Shown here piece after piece: positions 39,331-47,913 of a stretch of 64,000 bases of DNA. The notes under the pieces are model-generated. The model had not been told where the DNA came from. It was given only the letters and a program-made list of their open reading frames with translations, and did no database searches. The DNA lies in the NCBI GenBank assembly GCA_004321745.1, contig SGYO01000008.1:80-64079 (forward strand), read 5' to 3'. This DNA comes from a bacterium (GTDB taxonomy: Bacteria; Fidelibacterota; Marinisomatia; Marinisomatales; UBA1611). Each line of letters starts with the position of its first letter. The stretch's first letter is position 1. Position numbers and translations under genes: made by a program.

Positions 39331-41586
39331 TTATTTGCATGTAAATGAAATTGATTTATTTGTTTTATTTCCAACTTTATCTTTGACGATAATATCGATC
39401 AGATGATCTCCTTCATTTATACCTTTTTCAAATTCGTATGTAATTTGTTTTTTAACAGGTTGGTAAGCGCAGAACAATCGATTCCCATTTAGTTTGACAA
39501 CAAAAGATTTTTCTTTTGGTTCTATTCCAGATATGGAATCCTCAACATCGATAATAATCTTTTTAACATCTTTTCCATCATAAAATCCGCCATTTGCAGG
39601 ATATGTCTTTAAAATTTTTGGTGGGACTAAATCCTGAATTATAGTCACAGCATGGAATTGCTCTAAATTACCAGTAAGTATATTTTTATCATCATTATTT
39701 TTTGTGTCTACATAAGTCCAATTTTCAGATTTTTCATCATAGTAGTAAATACCCATTTTAGTGTGACCGGATAATCGATGATTATATCTAATTCCTAAAA
39801 GGTATTCATTTTTCAAAACTCTATCGAATGGTTGTAGTTGATAAACTGCCGATAGATGGTAACCATTTTTTATTGGAGCATGTTTATCAACTTTTTCAAT
39901 CCATATTGCTGTAGGCGAGTAGACGGTATTTGGCAGTGTTTGAATGGAGCAATTTTTATCTTTTGATATTATAACTGTTTTCATGTTTGGTTCTGCAATG
40001 CCCGGCATAAAATTAAACCTAGTTTCTCGAGATAGATCTCCTTTATGTAGTGATATGTCTACATATTTTACATTTTCCAAAATTTTTGGAGTTAACATAT
40101 CTGATAAAAACACATTTGGTTGAATTTGACTGACAGTGTAAGATTGAAAAATATTATCATTCGATAATTTTAATTTTGCTTCACCTGGAGCGTATTGGTC
40201 TATATCAATTTGAAAAAATAATCCGCCTTCAGTGTGAACTATATCCAACTTTGGATTTACATCTAATATTGTTCTTGATGTATTATAATTTGACCAATGA
40301 AAAGGCATAGCAATCGATCCTATTTGATTGGTTGCGATAATTTGAAATATTCTATCTTTAGAATTTTCAGATGGTATAGATAGTATAAGGTTTTTCCCTT
40401 TTTTTTCAGAATTTAAAATTTTTACTTTTTCATCAGGAAAGCCAAACGGTGTAAAAGCATAAACTGTTGCATCTCTTATTGCAAGTCCTCCTCTAGTAGG
40501 GCTTATTTCAATTGAAATTTGGTTATCATCTCTTGCTATTTCCTTTGCATTGATAGACATGGGGAATGTCCCTAGCATTACTCCATTTGCAATAGCGATA
40601 TTGCCAGCAGCATCAGTAATGATTATTTTTATTTTATGATAACCTGGAGGGAGAGTAATAATGCCATTCTGATCTAATTTGTGAACTGACATCTTTGGAT
40701 GTTCTGGAAGCCTATATAATTTTTGGTATTCTCCGAGATTTTGTTTTTTCAATTCAAATTGAACAAGCGTTCTAACATTGTTAGTTTGGCTGTAAGGTAT
40801 TCTATTATAGTTAAGTTCAAAACTAAGCTTGTTGTTTATATACAATTCAGCTTTATAAAATTGATATTTAAATTTTGAACCTTCTCTTTTATCTATAGCT
40901 TGTACTGCTAAACCAAAATCTCCAATAACACTAATGGTATCAGCAAATAAATATTCTCCATTTTTAGATCTAAAAAGCGGTATGGTCTGTACTAAAGGAC
41001 TAGAATTAATAAGTGTACCTTTTGATAATGGGACTAACGCTATCGTTTGCATAATTGGATTTACTTTATCTTTTTTAAGAAATCCATTACTGAGTGGGTC
41101 AAGTGCGGCATCTGTTTCATCGCGGACTTCGAAATGTAGATTTGGTCCAAATGCATAGCCAGTTTCGCCTGTGATTCCAATCACATCACCTTTTTTAACT
41201 CGAAACTCATTAGGCGAAAAATTTGTGCGTATACTATATTTTTTATTTTTGGCTTGTTGAAGTTTGAGTACTCTTTCCATTATCGGACTGAATTTTTCTA
41301 AATGTGAATAAACGTAGGTCTTTCCACTAATTGTTTTATGATATATAGCTTTTCCATATCCAGAATAATTTGTAACTATTCTAGATATATAACCATTTTC
41401 AACAGCAAATACTTTATAGCCTGTTACCCCATTAGTTCTTATGTCAAGGCCCATATGGAAATGATCGTCCCTATATTCTCCAAAGTTTGAGGAATATGAG
41501 TTTCCGGCATCAGTTGGCCAAATTGGACCTTGAGCAAATAAATTTGCTAAAAACAAGAAAAGGATGGAAGTTGTCTTTGTATGCAT
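39331..41586 (-). CDS. M23 family metallopeptidase with long C-terminal beta-rich extension
   Basis: Signal peptide. 'HMGLDIRT' (HxxxD) and 'GPNLHFEVRD' (HxH-type) M23 motifs in the first ~170 aa, followed by about 580 aa of uncharacterised beta-rich sequence. Confidence 0.8.
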   Translation of the reverse strand: MHTKTTSILFLFLANLFAQGPIWPTDAGNSYSSNFGEYRDDHFHMGLDIRTNGVTGYKVFAVENGYISRIVTNYSGYGKAIYHKTISGKTYVYSHLEKFSPIMERVLKLQQAKNKKYSIRTNFSPNEFRVKKGDVIGITGETGYAFGPNLHFEVRDETDAALDPLSNGFLKKDKVNPIMQTIALVPLSKGTLINSSPLVQTIPLFRSKNGEYLFADTISVIGDFGLAVQAIDKREGSKFKYQFYKAELYINNKLSFELNYNRIPYSQTNNVRTLVQFELKKQNLGEYQKLYRLPEHPKMSVHKLDQNGIITLPPGYHKIKIIITDAAGNIAIANGVMLGTFPMSINAKEIARDDNQISIEISPTRGGLAIRDATVYAFTPFGFPDEKVKILNSEKKGKNLILSIPSENSKDRIFQIIATNQIGSIAMPFHWSNYNTSRTILDVNPKLDIVHTEGGLFFQIDIDQYAPGEAKLKLSNDNIFQSYTVSQIQPNVFLSDMLTPKILENVKYVDISLHKGDLSRETRFNFMPGIAEPNMKTVIISKDKNCSIQTLPNTVYSPTAIWIEKVDKHAPIKNGYHLSAVYQLQPFDRVLKNEYLLGIRYNHRLSGHTKMGIYYYDEKSENWTYVDTKNNDDKNILTGNLEQFHAVTIIQDLVPPKILKTYPANGGFYDGKDVKKIIIDVEDSISGIEPKEKSFVVKLNGNRLFCAYQPVKKQITYEFEKGINEGDHLIDIIVKDKVGNKTNKSISFTCK

Positions 41587-41713
41587 ATAGTATGAGATGG
41601 TTTCAATTTATTTAGATAAAAATAGAGAATCCAACCATAAATAGATTTATTCTTTTAACAATTTATTTTATTTATGTTTATATATAAAATTTATCACACA
41701 TAAGGAGATCTTA

Positions 41714-42415
41714 ATGAAAAATCTAAAAATAATTTTATTGGCTGCAGTTATTATTTTGCCACAATCAGTTTTTGGAATAGTAGGCTTTGGATTAAATGTA
41801 CTTCAAGACGGAACCAAATTAGAAGCATCTTCTTATACTGAAGGTAGTGGTCTTTCTGAAGTAACTGTTGAGTCATATGAAATGAATGCTCTACCGGTTG
41901 GATTAGGAGGCTATATATTTATTGATCTTTTAGGGTGGACTGTTGAATTAGAGGGAAATTCTGCTTATGGAGAGTATAAATTTTCTTTTAGGAATGTAGT
42001 CAACCAGATGGAGGATATCCCATTTGGCTGGGTTAGAGTATCCAGTGCAATGACAGTGAAAAAAAATATTGCTGATTTTTCGATTCCACTTTTAGCCAAA
42101 ACTGCATTATCTATAGGAGTTGGTGTCAATTCGCACAGTTCTACTCCTCGTGCAAGTGTTTCTATGGTTAGAGACTTGCTTGATACTGATGATTTGACGG
42201 CTGGATTTGATCCAAATTCCTTAGAGGATGAATTGATCGATTATTTAAAAGAAAATAAAATTGATAATAGTGGAACTCATTTGCAGTTAGGATTACGATT
42301 TAAAATACTAGTAATTGATTCTCATTTGAACTTCAGATATAATATGACTGAGGATGTATACAAGGGAGAAAAGGGTTTTACTGAGGTTCAGTTCAAATTA
42401 GGAATGGCATTTTAG
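41714..42415 (+). CDS. Predicted small outer-membrane beta-barrel protein
   Basis: SD AAGGAG upstream. Signal peptide, alternating pattern, and a C-terminal 'QFKLGMAF' with terminal Phe. Confidence 0.45.
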   Translation: MKNLKIILLAAVIILPQSVFGIVGFGLNVLQDGTKLEASSYTEGSGLSEVTVESYEMNALPVGLGGYIFIDLLGWTVELEGNSAYGEYKFSFRNVVNQMEDIPFGWVRVSSAMTVKKNIADFSIPLLAKTALSIGVGVNSHSSTPRASVSMVRDLLDTDDLTAGFDPNSLEDELIDYLKENKIDNSGTHLQLGLRFKILVIDSHLNFRYNMTEDVYKGEKGFTEVQFKLGMAF

Positions 42416-43209
42416 TTAGAAGGAAGATTCTCATTCAAGAAAATTGATTTGTTCATTGAAGCAAAAAATCGTTTAAAGAATTCTGGTTCATAAATACCGC
42501 CAGATTCTAAAATTTTTCCATCTTGTTCTAGTTCACCGCTAGCGCTAACCCTGACATTAGTGTTATCAGGTCCAGATTCATCAATGTTAATAGTCACTTT
42601 ATATCTATAAATGCGAGGGCCTTTTGGAGAATTATCTTGATAATAATTATTGACAGTTTTATTACTTGAGTGGGAGGACCTACTGCTTCTTCTCCAGCCA
42701 GATGACGAGCTAGAACTTGATGGCCTATCATCGTCATCATCATCGCTATCATCATCTTTATCACCAAAAATTGCACTTAATAAGACAACGAAAAAAACGG
42801 CTACCACTGCAACACCAAAAATTTTAACACAAGTTTGAGTTTGCTCTTTCTTAGCCGCTTCTTCGGCGTCTATCTCTTCTTCAAACTTATTATTTTGAGA
42901 GGATGGGCCAGGATCAACTCCATCTGAAAATACTTCAGCTTTCTTCTGTTCTGTGGTCCTGCTGGCAGTAATTAAACCAACATCAGAATTAAGTACATCG
43001 ATTGTATAATCCAGATCTTGTAACGCATTAATGGATGCTTTGAGTGTTTTCTTAGTATCAGCAGCAAAATTTTGAGTTTGTAATGTTCTCGATACAGCTG
43101 TTGGTGGTTTATTCTGAGTAAAGACTACATTTGCAGTTACTAAGTAAAACATTAAGGAAAACAAACGAATTTTCCCTTGTATTGTAATTGGGCGGATTAA
43201 TCGACGCAT
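42412..43209 (-). CDS. Uncharacterised envelope protein with internal TM helix and Asp/Ser-rich low-complexity insert
   Basis: 265 aa. N-terminal hydrophobic segment, an internal helix 'IFGVAVVAVFFVVLLSAIFG', then 'DKDDDSDDDDDDRPSSSSSSSGWRRSSRSSHSS'. Confidence 0.4.
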   Translation of the reverse strand: MRRLIRPITIQGKIRLFSLMFYLVTANVVFTQNKPPTAVSRTLQTQNFAADTKKTLKASINALQDLDYTIDVLNSDVGLITASRTTEQKKAEVFSDGVDPGPSSQNNKFEEEIDAEEAAKKEQTQTCVKIFGVAVVAVFFVVLLSAIFGDKDDDSDDDDDDRPSSSSSSSGWRRSSRSSHSSNKTVNNYYQDNSPKGPRIYRYKVTINIDESGPDNTNVRVSASGELEQDGKILESGGIYEPEFFKRFFASMNKSIFLNENLPSN

Positions 43210-43212
43210 GCC

Positions 43213-43659
43213 CTAATATTTTAGGCTTTGATAAGTAAAATCTGATACAAGCTTATCATTATTGTAGGTAATTATTACAGTAAGTGATTTTGATTCAACA
43301 TCTCTGTTAGAGCTAGATTGCACAGAATTAGTAGTTCCACCAAACAGGAAGGCCCAGAATCCTTTACCTAATTGAGCTTGGCCATATGTGGCTGAAGCAT
43401 TATTAGAAGATGATTGTGATGAACTTATTTTATCATATGTCCAGACTTCATTGCCGCTTGAGTTTTTTGTTAAAATATTAGGTGAACCCAACACTTCTAG
43501 TACCTCTGCTTGGCTCATTCCTTTTTTTATCTGGCTTTGAACCTTGCCTAGAGTAAGCTTATCTTTTTTTTCCACAGGGACTTCAATGATTATTGGATCT
43601 GGAGGGGCGCAGTTAAACACTATAAAAATAAAAGAAACTATAAAAATGATATTTTTCAT
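43213..43659 (-). CDS. Lipoprotein, BamE/SmpA-OmlA-like N-terminal domain
   Basis: Lipobox '…IVFNC'. 'LTLGKVQSQIKKGMSQAEVLEVLGSPN…EVWTYD' resembles the SmpA/OmlA fold signature. Ser-rich middle region. Confidence 0.4.
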   Translation of the reverse strand: MKNIIFIVSFIFIVFNCAPPDPIIIEVPVEKKDKLTLGKVQSQIKKGMSQAEVLEVLGSPNILTKNSSGNEVWTYDKISSSQSSSNNASATYGQAQLGKGFWAFLFGGTTNSVQSSSNRDVESKSLTVIITYNNDKLVSDFTYQSLKY

Positions 43660-43734
43660 GATGGTTTTCCCTCTCTAGCTTTATATATGATACTTCATTT
43701 TATATTAAATTGTTCCAAAAACAAATTAAAACAT

Positions 43735-44613
43735 TTATAACTCATTAGTTAAACAATGTACCGAACCGCCACTAAGTTGGAATTGCGAAACAGGGCAGAC
43801 TTCTGTTTTTACTCCGAGACTTTCTAGTTTTTTGCCCACAGAAAAATCTGAATAGTGTGATGAACTTATTAGTAAACCAGGAGCACAAAAACTGTTTACT
43901 GCTAATGAACCTAGGTAGTCATCTGTGCCGATAGAGTCTTTAGCTGGTATGGTTATAATATGTACGTTTAGCTTGATACTAATTTTTTCAAGATTTTTAA
44001 ATGAATCTTTTGTAATTAGTTCCTCACAAACGATCATTGCAGATAAAGCACCTTGTTTATCAAAAACGGTTGTGAACACAGTATCTAAATGAAAAGATGG
44101 AGTATCAATCAATATAAGTTCATTTGCATTTAGAAACGAAGCTACATACTCAGCACCCGCAATCGTATTTCTATTTATTCCACTAAAAAGTAATTTATCT
44201 TTTGGACAAAAATAAAACTCTCCACCTTCAGCAAGAATATTTTTTTTAGTTGGTAATTCTATTAAGTTAAAATTCAATTTTTCAAGCTCATTAGCCACTA
44301 TTTCAGTTTCAGCTTCTCGCTTTTTTTCTGCAAACTTTAACATTAATACATTACCATTAAGATCACTGATAAAACTGTCTCTCATAAAAACATAGTCATG
44401 GCCAAACTTTGACTCTTCTAGGATTTTTGGGAATGGAAATTCAATAACTTCAATTTTATTTTTTTTTAATGTAGCAATAAGGTTTAGGCGTTCTTTTATT
44501 AGAAGGTTTTGGTTTGGTACAGTTCCATTTTTCATGAATGGATTATCTTTATACCCTATGATCCCATCAGACCACCATGGTTTTTTCGGTAATGAACTGA
44601 TTGCGATTTTCAT
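43735..44613 (-). CDS. Guanidino-group-modifying enzyme superfamily protein (amidinotransferase/DDAH/arginine-deiminase-like)
   Basis: 'FMRDS', 'SFHLDT' (catalytic His context), and a C-terminal 'LSGGSVHCLT' (nucleophile Cys context). Confidence 0.65.
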   Translation of the reverse strand: MKIAISSLPKKPWWSDGIIGYKDNPFMKNGTVPNQNLLIKERLNLIATLKKNKIEVIEFPFPKILEESKFGHDYVFMRDSFISDLNGNVLMLKFAEKKREAETEIVANELEKLNFNLIELPTKKNILAEGGEFYFCPKDKLLFSGINRNTIAGAEYVASFLNANELILIDTPSFHLDTVFTTVFDKQGALSAMIVCEELITKDSFKNLEKISIKLNVHIITIPAKDSIGTDDYLGSLAVNSFCAPGLLISSSHYSDFSVGKKLESLGVKTEVCPVSQFQLSGGSVHCLTNEL

Positions 44614-44614
44614 A

Positions 44615-45042
44615 TTATAAATTTTTTATTTCATCTTTTTGAAGCAAATCTTTTATTTTTGCTTTTATTTCATTTCTGGCCATGCGATATGGTTCTAAAT
44701 CTTCTTCATTATTATTCCAACCATGGAAAGGGTCTTTAATACTCCAATGTATAATAATTTTTCCATCTGGGAAATTAGGGCAGGTATTTTTTGCATTATC
44801 ACAAACTGTTATTACTATATTAATTTCTTTATTTAGGTATTTATCAATTTTTTCAGACTTTTGTTTTTGTATGTCAATGACCCATTCAGCCATAACTTTA
44901 ATAGCAGCTGGATGTAATCTTGAAGGATTGCTTCCTGCACTAAAAACCTCAAATTTGTCGTCAGCTTCCTCTCTAAATAGACCTTCAGCGATCTGAGAAC
45001 GACAACTATTCCCAGTGAAATAAAAATTATTTTATTCCCCAT
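44615..45042 (-). pseudogene. arsC: Arsenate reductase / LMW phosphotyrosine phosphatase family gene, disrupted by a 1-nt frameshift in the catalytic P-loop
   Basis: The track gives two overlapping ORFs (44833-45042 and 44615-44893). Reading the minus strand from 45042 gives ATG GGG AAT AAA ATA ATT TTT ATT TCA CTG GGA…. Shifting +1 after ~45018 gives GNSCRSQIAEGLFREEADDKFEVFSAGSNPSRLHPAAIKVMAEWVIDI…, which runs continuously into the downstream ORF. Restoring one G (ATT TGC ACT GGG AAT AGT TGT CGT) recreates the CTGNSCRS C-X5-R loop. Confidence 0.8.
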
Positions 45043-45053
45043 AAAGAGCCATT

Positions 45054-45974
45054 TTAATCACATATGAAATAAGCATTTTGACCAGACTCTCTATTTAAAA
45101 TATACATAAGGTCAAATATATTGACATTGGTGTCTGAGTTGATGTCATAATTACTAGAATAATTTTCACTTGATAAAATGTTATCTAAAAGTACTTGCGA
45201 ATTAATATTTTCAAAGCAGTTGAGATACCATATTCTTCTTATAAGAGTTGAATCAATTACAAATGGATTTGGAATATCATTTTGATAATTAGCAATAGCA
45301 TATGTCCTTGTTAGTTCAACTTCATCTATAGGATCAAGTTTATGCCATTCAAATAATACGTCTTTTTGTTGATCGAAAAAATTTTGATTAGCTACATTAT
45401 TATATATTGTATAAAAATAAAACATGCTCCTGGCTATATTGCCTTTAACATCTTCTCTTGGTTCAAACAATTCATTATCATTATCTACCTCGGAATATTC
45501 ATCAATGAACTGATTTGGGATATTATTTGAATAATAATCTAGCCTCCACCATTTATCAGTTTGATTATCATCTATTTCACCGAATGGTTTATTACCTCTT
45601 GAAGAATTAACATTTCCTCGGGTAGGGTATAAATGATGAAGATCACTTTTTTGTGGGGAGCCGCTTGCGCCCATACTCTGTGGCCATGAGTGTTCACAAT
45701 TCATATTTAATGCATTGGTTTGAGGCCTAGGGTCTTGAGATGGGTCTATAGTAATTGTATAGTTAGTATAAATTCCTTTCAATGTATTATCTTGCCCAAG
45801 ATCAATGATTGAATACATTACATCTCTAGCATTATTATAGCTAAGTGTGCTATTTGTTTTATAATTTTCAATTAGATAGTTGAAGAGATTTAGCTTTGTA
45901 TTTCCTGGGCCAATTATTGATTGTGCTGATATAAAACTAATGATGCACCAAAGGGTTAACAGAATTTTATACAT
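45054..45974 (-). CDS. Secreted endonuclease I family nuclease with C-terminal dockerin/EF-hand-like segment
   Basis: Signal peptide. 'NCEHSWPQS' and 'DLHHLYPTRGNVNSSRGNKPFGE' match the Endonuclease_1 (EndA/Vvn) core motifs. The C-terminal 'DINSDTNVNIFDLMYIL' resembles one dockerin-type Ca-binding repeat. Confidence 0.7.
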   Translation of the reverse strand: MYKILLTLWCIISFISAQSIIGPGNTKLNLFNYLIENYKTNSTLSYNNARDVMYSIIDLGQDNTLKGIYTNYTITIDPSQDPRPQTNALNMNCEHSWPQSMGASGSPQKSDLHHLYPTRGNVNSSRGNKPFGEIDDNQTDKWWRLDYYSNNIPNQFIDEYSEVDNDNELFEPREDVKGNIARSMFYFYTIYNNVANQNFFDQQKDVLFEWHKLDPIDEVELTRTYAIANYQNDIPNPFVIDSTLIRRIWYLNCFENINSQVLLDNILSSENYSSNYDINSDTNVNIFDLMYILNRESGQNAYFICD

Positions 45975-46006
45975 TTGTTAAAATTTATCTTTTTAAATGT
46001 TAACAA
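45975..46006. promoter_or_regulatory. 13-bp imperfect inverted repeat abutting the endonuclease I start codon
   Basis: TTGTTAAAATTTA (45975-45987), then a 6-nt spacer, then TAAATGTTAACAA (45994-46006), with one mismatch. The left arm begins 1 nt after the minus-strand ATG (45974-45972). Confidence 0.35.
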
Positions 46007-46092
46007 AAAAGGATGCTGTTAGTTTAATATTCCATATCAGGTTAAAAACTATCTTAATGCCTTGTGAGATAATAATTAATTAAATTTATATA

Positions 46093-46935
46093 ATGGATAA
46101 TTTACAATCTATGCCAATTGCGCAAAATATACAGGACTCTGTTGATTCATTATCTGGATTAACAATAAATGATTTAAATAAATATTTGCCAGCTTTGCTA
46201 ACGGCTGAAGATTTATCCTTAGACATAGATCATTTAAAAGAAGGCGTTTTTTGGTCAGAAGGGCTCAAAGGCCTCCAAAAACTTCCAAATAACAGTATTG
46301 ATCTCATTGTTACTGAGCCACCAAAGGAGCCATGGATTAATCTAGAGAGTAGAGGTTCTCAATTCACACTTCAAGAATATTATAGCTGGAATCAAAAATG
46401 GATTATTGAAGCTAGAAGAGTTTTGAAAAATACCGGTGGTATATATCTACTCTGTGATTGGACTTATTCCAATATGTATAATGGACTTTTAAATGAAAAA
46501 TTCATTGTACAGAACAGGATTACATGGCATAATAGGTCTGCAAAAACTAGTAAAAATAATCTGACTTGGAAAAATCAATCTGGGGATATCTGGTTTGCTA
46601 CAAAAAATGAAGATTTTTTATTTAATAATAATGCAACTAGTTTAAAATCAGAAAGACATTCATTACTTAATGATAGGGAAAAAAAAGCTCAAACTAATTT
46701 TTGGTTTGATATACCTAAAGTAACAGATGATAATGCCCGTTTTTCTAACAAACTCTACTCAAAAATATTAGACGCCAGCAGTTTTAAGTTGAATTGGATT
46801 TTAGATCCTTTTATGAGAACAGGAGATGTTGGTGTCGCAAGTAAATGTACTGGGAGAAGATTTATTGGTTTTGAAGCAAATAAAGATAAACTATTAATGT
46901 CTATGAAAAGAATAGATCAAAATAATGAACGGTAG
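46093..46935 (+). CDS. Beta-class N6/N4 DNA-methyltransferase-fold homologue with degenerate catalytic and SAM motifs
   Basis: Motif order IV…I is typical of beta-class MTases. However, motif IV reads 'DLIVTEPPK' rather than (D/N/S)PP(Y/F), and motif I reads 'ILDPFMRTGDVGVAS' rather than DPFxGSGTT. The scaffold 'RVLKNTGGIYLL', 'RITWHN' and 'RRFIGFEAN' is retained. Confidence 0.6.
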   Translation: MDNLQSMPIAQNIQDSVDSLSGLTINDLNKYLPALLTAEDLSLDIDHLKEGVFWSEGLKGLQKLPNNSIDLIVTEPPKEPWINLESRGSQFTLQEYYSWNQKWIIEARRVLKNTGGIYLLCDWTYSNMYNGLLNEKFIVQNRITWHNRSAKTSKNNLTWKNQSGDIWFATKNEDFLFNNNATSLKSERHSLLNDREKKAQTNFWFDIPKVTDDNARFSNKLYSKILDASSFKLNWILDPFMRTGDVGVASKCTGRRFIGFEANKDKLLMSMKRIDQNNER

Positions 46936-47385
46936 TTGAAATTGAATTATATAGATAAAATTAAAAAAGATATGTATTCAGCTATGAAAGCTGATCAAAA
47001 GGTTAAAGCAAATATCTTACGCTCCTTGCTTGCAGCACTAAAAAAAGTAGAAATAGAAACCAAAAATCCATTAAACGAAGATCAGTTTTTTTCTGTTGTT
47101 AAAAAAATGGTTAAACAACTCAAAGAGTCAGTTGAAGTATATAGTAAAGCTGGTAGAGGGGAATTAGCAGAAAAAGAAAAATCTGAATTGGAAATAATCC
47201 AAGTATATTTGCCTGAACAATTATCTGAAGAAAAAACCATAGAATTGATTAAAGAAGTTATTTCTGAAATTTCTGCAGAAAGTATTTCAGATATGGGTAA
47301 AGTAATGTCTATGGTTATGCAGAAAAGCGGTGGTAAAGTAGACGGTGGAATAGCAAATAGGATAGCTAAAGAATTATTGCAATAG
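46936..47385 (+). CDS. GatB/YqeY domain protein
   Basis: 149 aa with a TTG start. '…AMKADQKVKANILRSLLAALKKVEIE…' and a C-terminal '…GKVMSMVMQKSGGKVDGGIANRIAKELL' are typical YqeY features. Confidence 0.85.
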   Translation: MKLNYIDKIKKDMYSAMKADQKVKANILRSLLAALKKVEIETKNPLNEDQFFSVVKKMVKQLKESVEVYSKAGRGELAEKEKSELEIIQVYLPEQLSEEKTIELIKEVISEISAESISDMGKVMSMVMQKSGGKVDGGIANRIAKELLQ

Positions 47386-47913
47386 ATGAGTTGGTTTTTA
47401 GATGGCCTTGCTCTTTTTTATATTTTGTTTAACGGTGTCCTAGGTTTTAATAGGGGGTTAGTGGATGAACTTGGAAGATTAATAGGCTTAGTATTATCTA
47501 TACTAATTGCAACAAGTAAAACCTCTTTTTTATCCAGTCTTATTTTAAGTTATATAACTGTTCCCCCTTGGCAATCAACTTTTATATCTTTTTGTGTTAT
47601 CTTTTGTGTTGTTCTACTTTGCGGAAGAGTAGTGACAAGGCTTTTTAAAATAGCGCTTTTATCACGGTCAAACATTTGGATGGATAATATATTAGGTTTT
47701 ATTTTTGGAAGCCTTAAGGGATACTGTATTATTGCTGTTTTCATATGGGTAATTATTATATTACCTTTAGATAAGTGGACCATGATAATTGAGCAAAATT
47801 CAAATATAGTTATAACTACAAATGAATTTAGAGTAGCTATTATTAGTTTTTTTGGCTGGGAGGACCCAGTCAATTTCAGTGAAAATTTTATAAAAAAATT
47901 AGTTCAGCCGTAA
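47386..47913 (+). CDS. cvpA: CvpA family membrane protein
   Basis: 175 aa with 4 TM helices. The N-terminal 'LDGLALFYILFNGVLGFNRGLVDELGRLIG' pattern is characteristic of CvpA. Confidence 0.7.
   Translation: MSWFLDGLALFYILFNGVLGFNRGLVDELGRLIGLVLSILIATSKTSFLSSLILSYITVPPWQSTFISFCVIFCVVLLCGRVVTRLFKIALLSRSNIWMDNILGFIFGSLKGYCIIAVFIWVIIILPLDKWTMIIEQNSNIVITTNEFRVAIISFFGWEDPVNFSENFIKKLVQP

Noticed and set aside
42650-42780. The GAT/GAC/TCA-rich tract encoding poly-Asp/poly-Ser as a slipped-strand contingency locus. The track also lists short ORFs on both strands here.
   Set aside because: The codons are mixed rather than forming a perfect tandem repeat, so slippage potential is low. The small overlapping ORFs (42594-42776 and 42650-42838) are artefacts of the low-complexity tract.
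44615-45042. Programmed ribosomal frameshift in arsC, or two genuine small genes (44833-45042 and 44615-44893).
   Set aside because: There is no slippery heptamer or downstream stimulatory structure at ~45018. The shift falls inside the catalytic Cys codon, so even a shifted product would lack the nucleophile unless a base is restored. The upstream ORF translation after the shift (IVVVLRSLKVYLERKL…) is meaningless. A simple 1-nt deletion or an assembly indel is the economical explanation.
45054-46935. The divergent endonuclease and methyltransferase-like gene pair as a restriction-modification system.
   Set aside because: The nuclease is a signal-peptide-bearing endonuclease I family enzyme, which is non-specific and periplasmic or extracellular rather than a restriction enzyme. 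The MTase homologue lacks the catalytic and SAM motifs. The MTase-like gene is also operonic with yqeY-cvpA-dnaG rather than with the nuclease.
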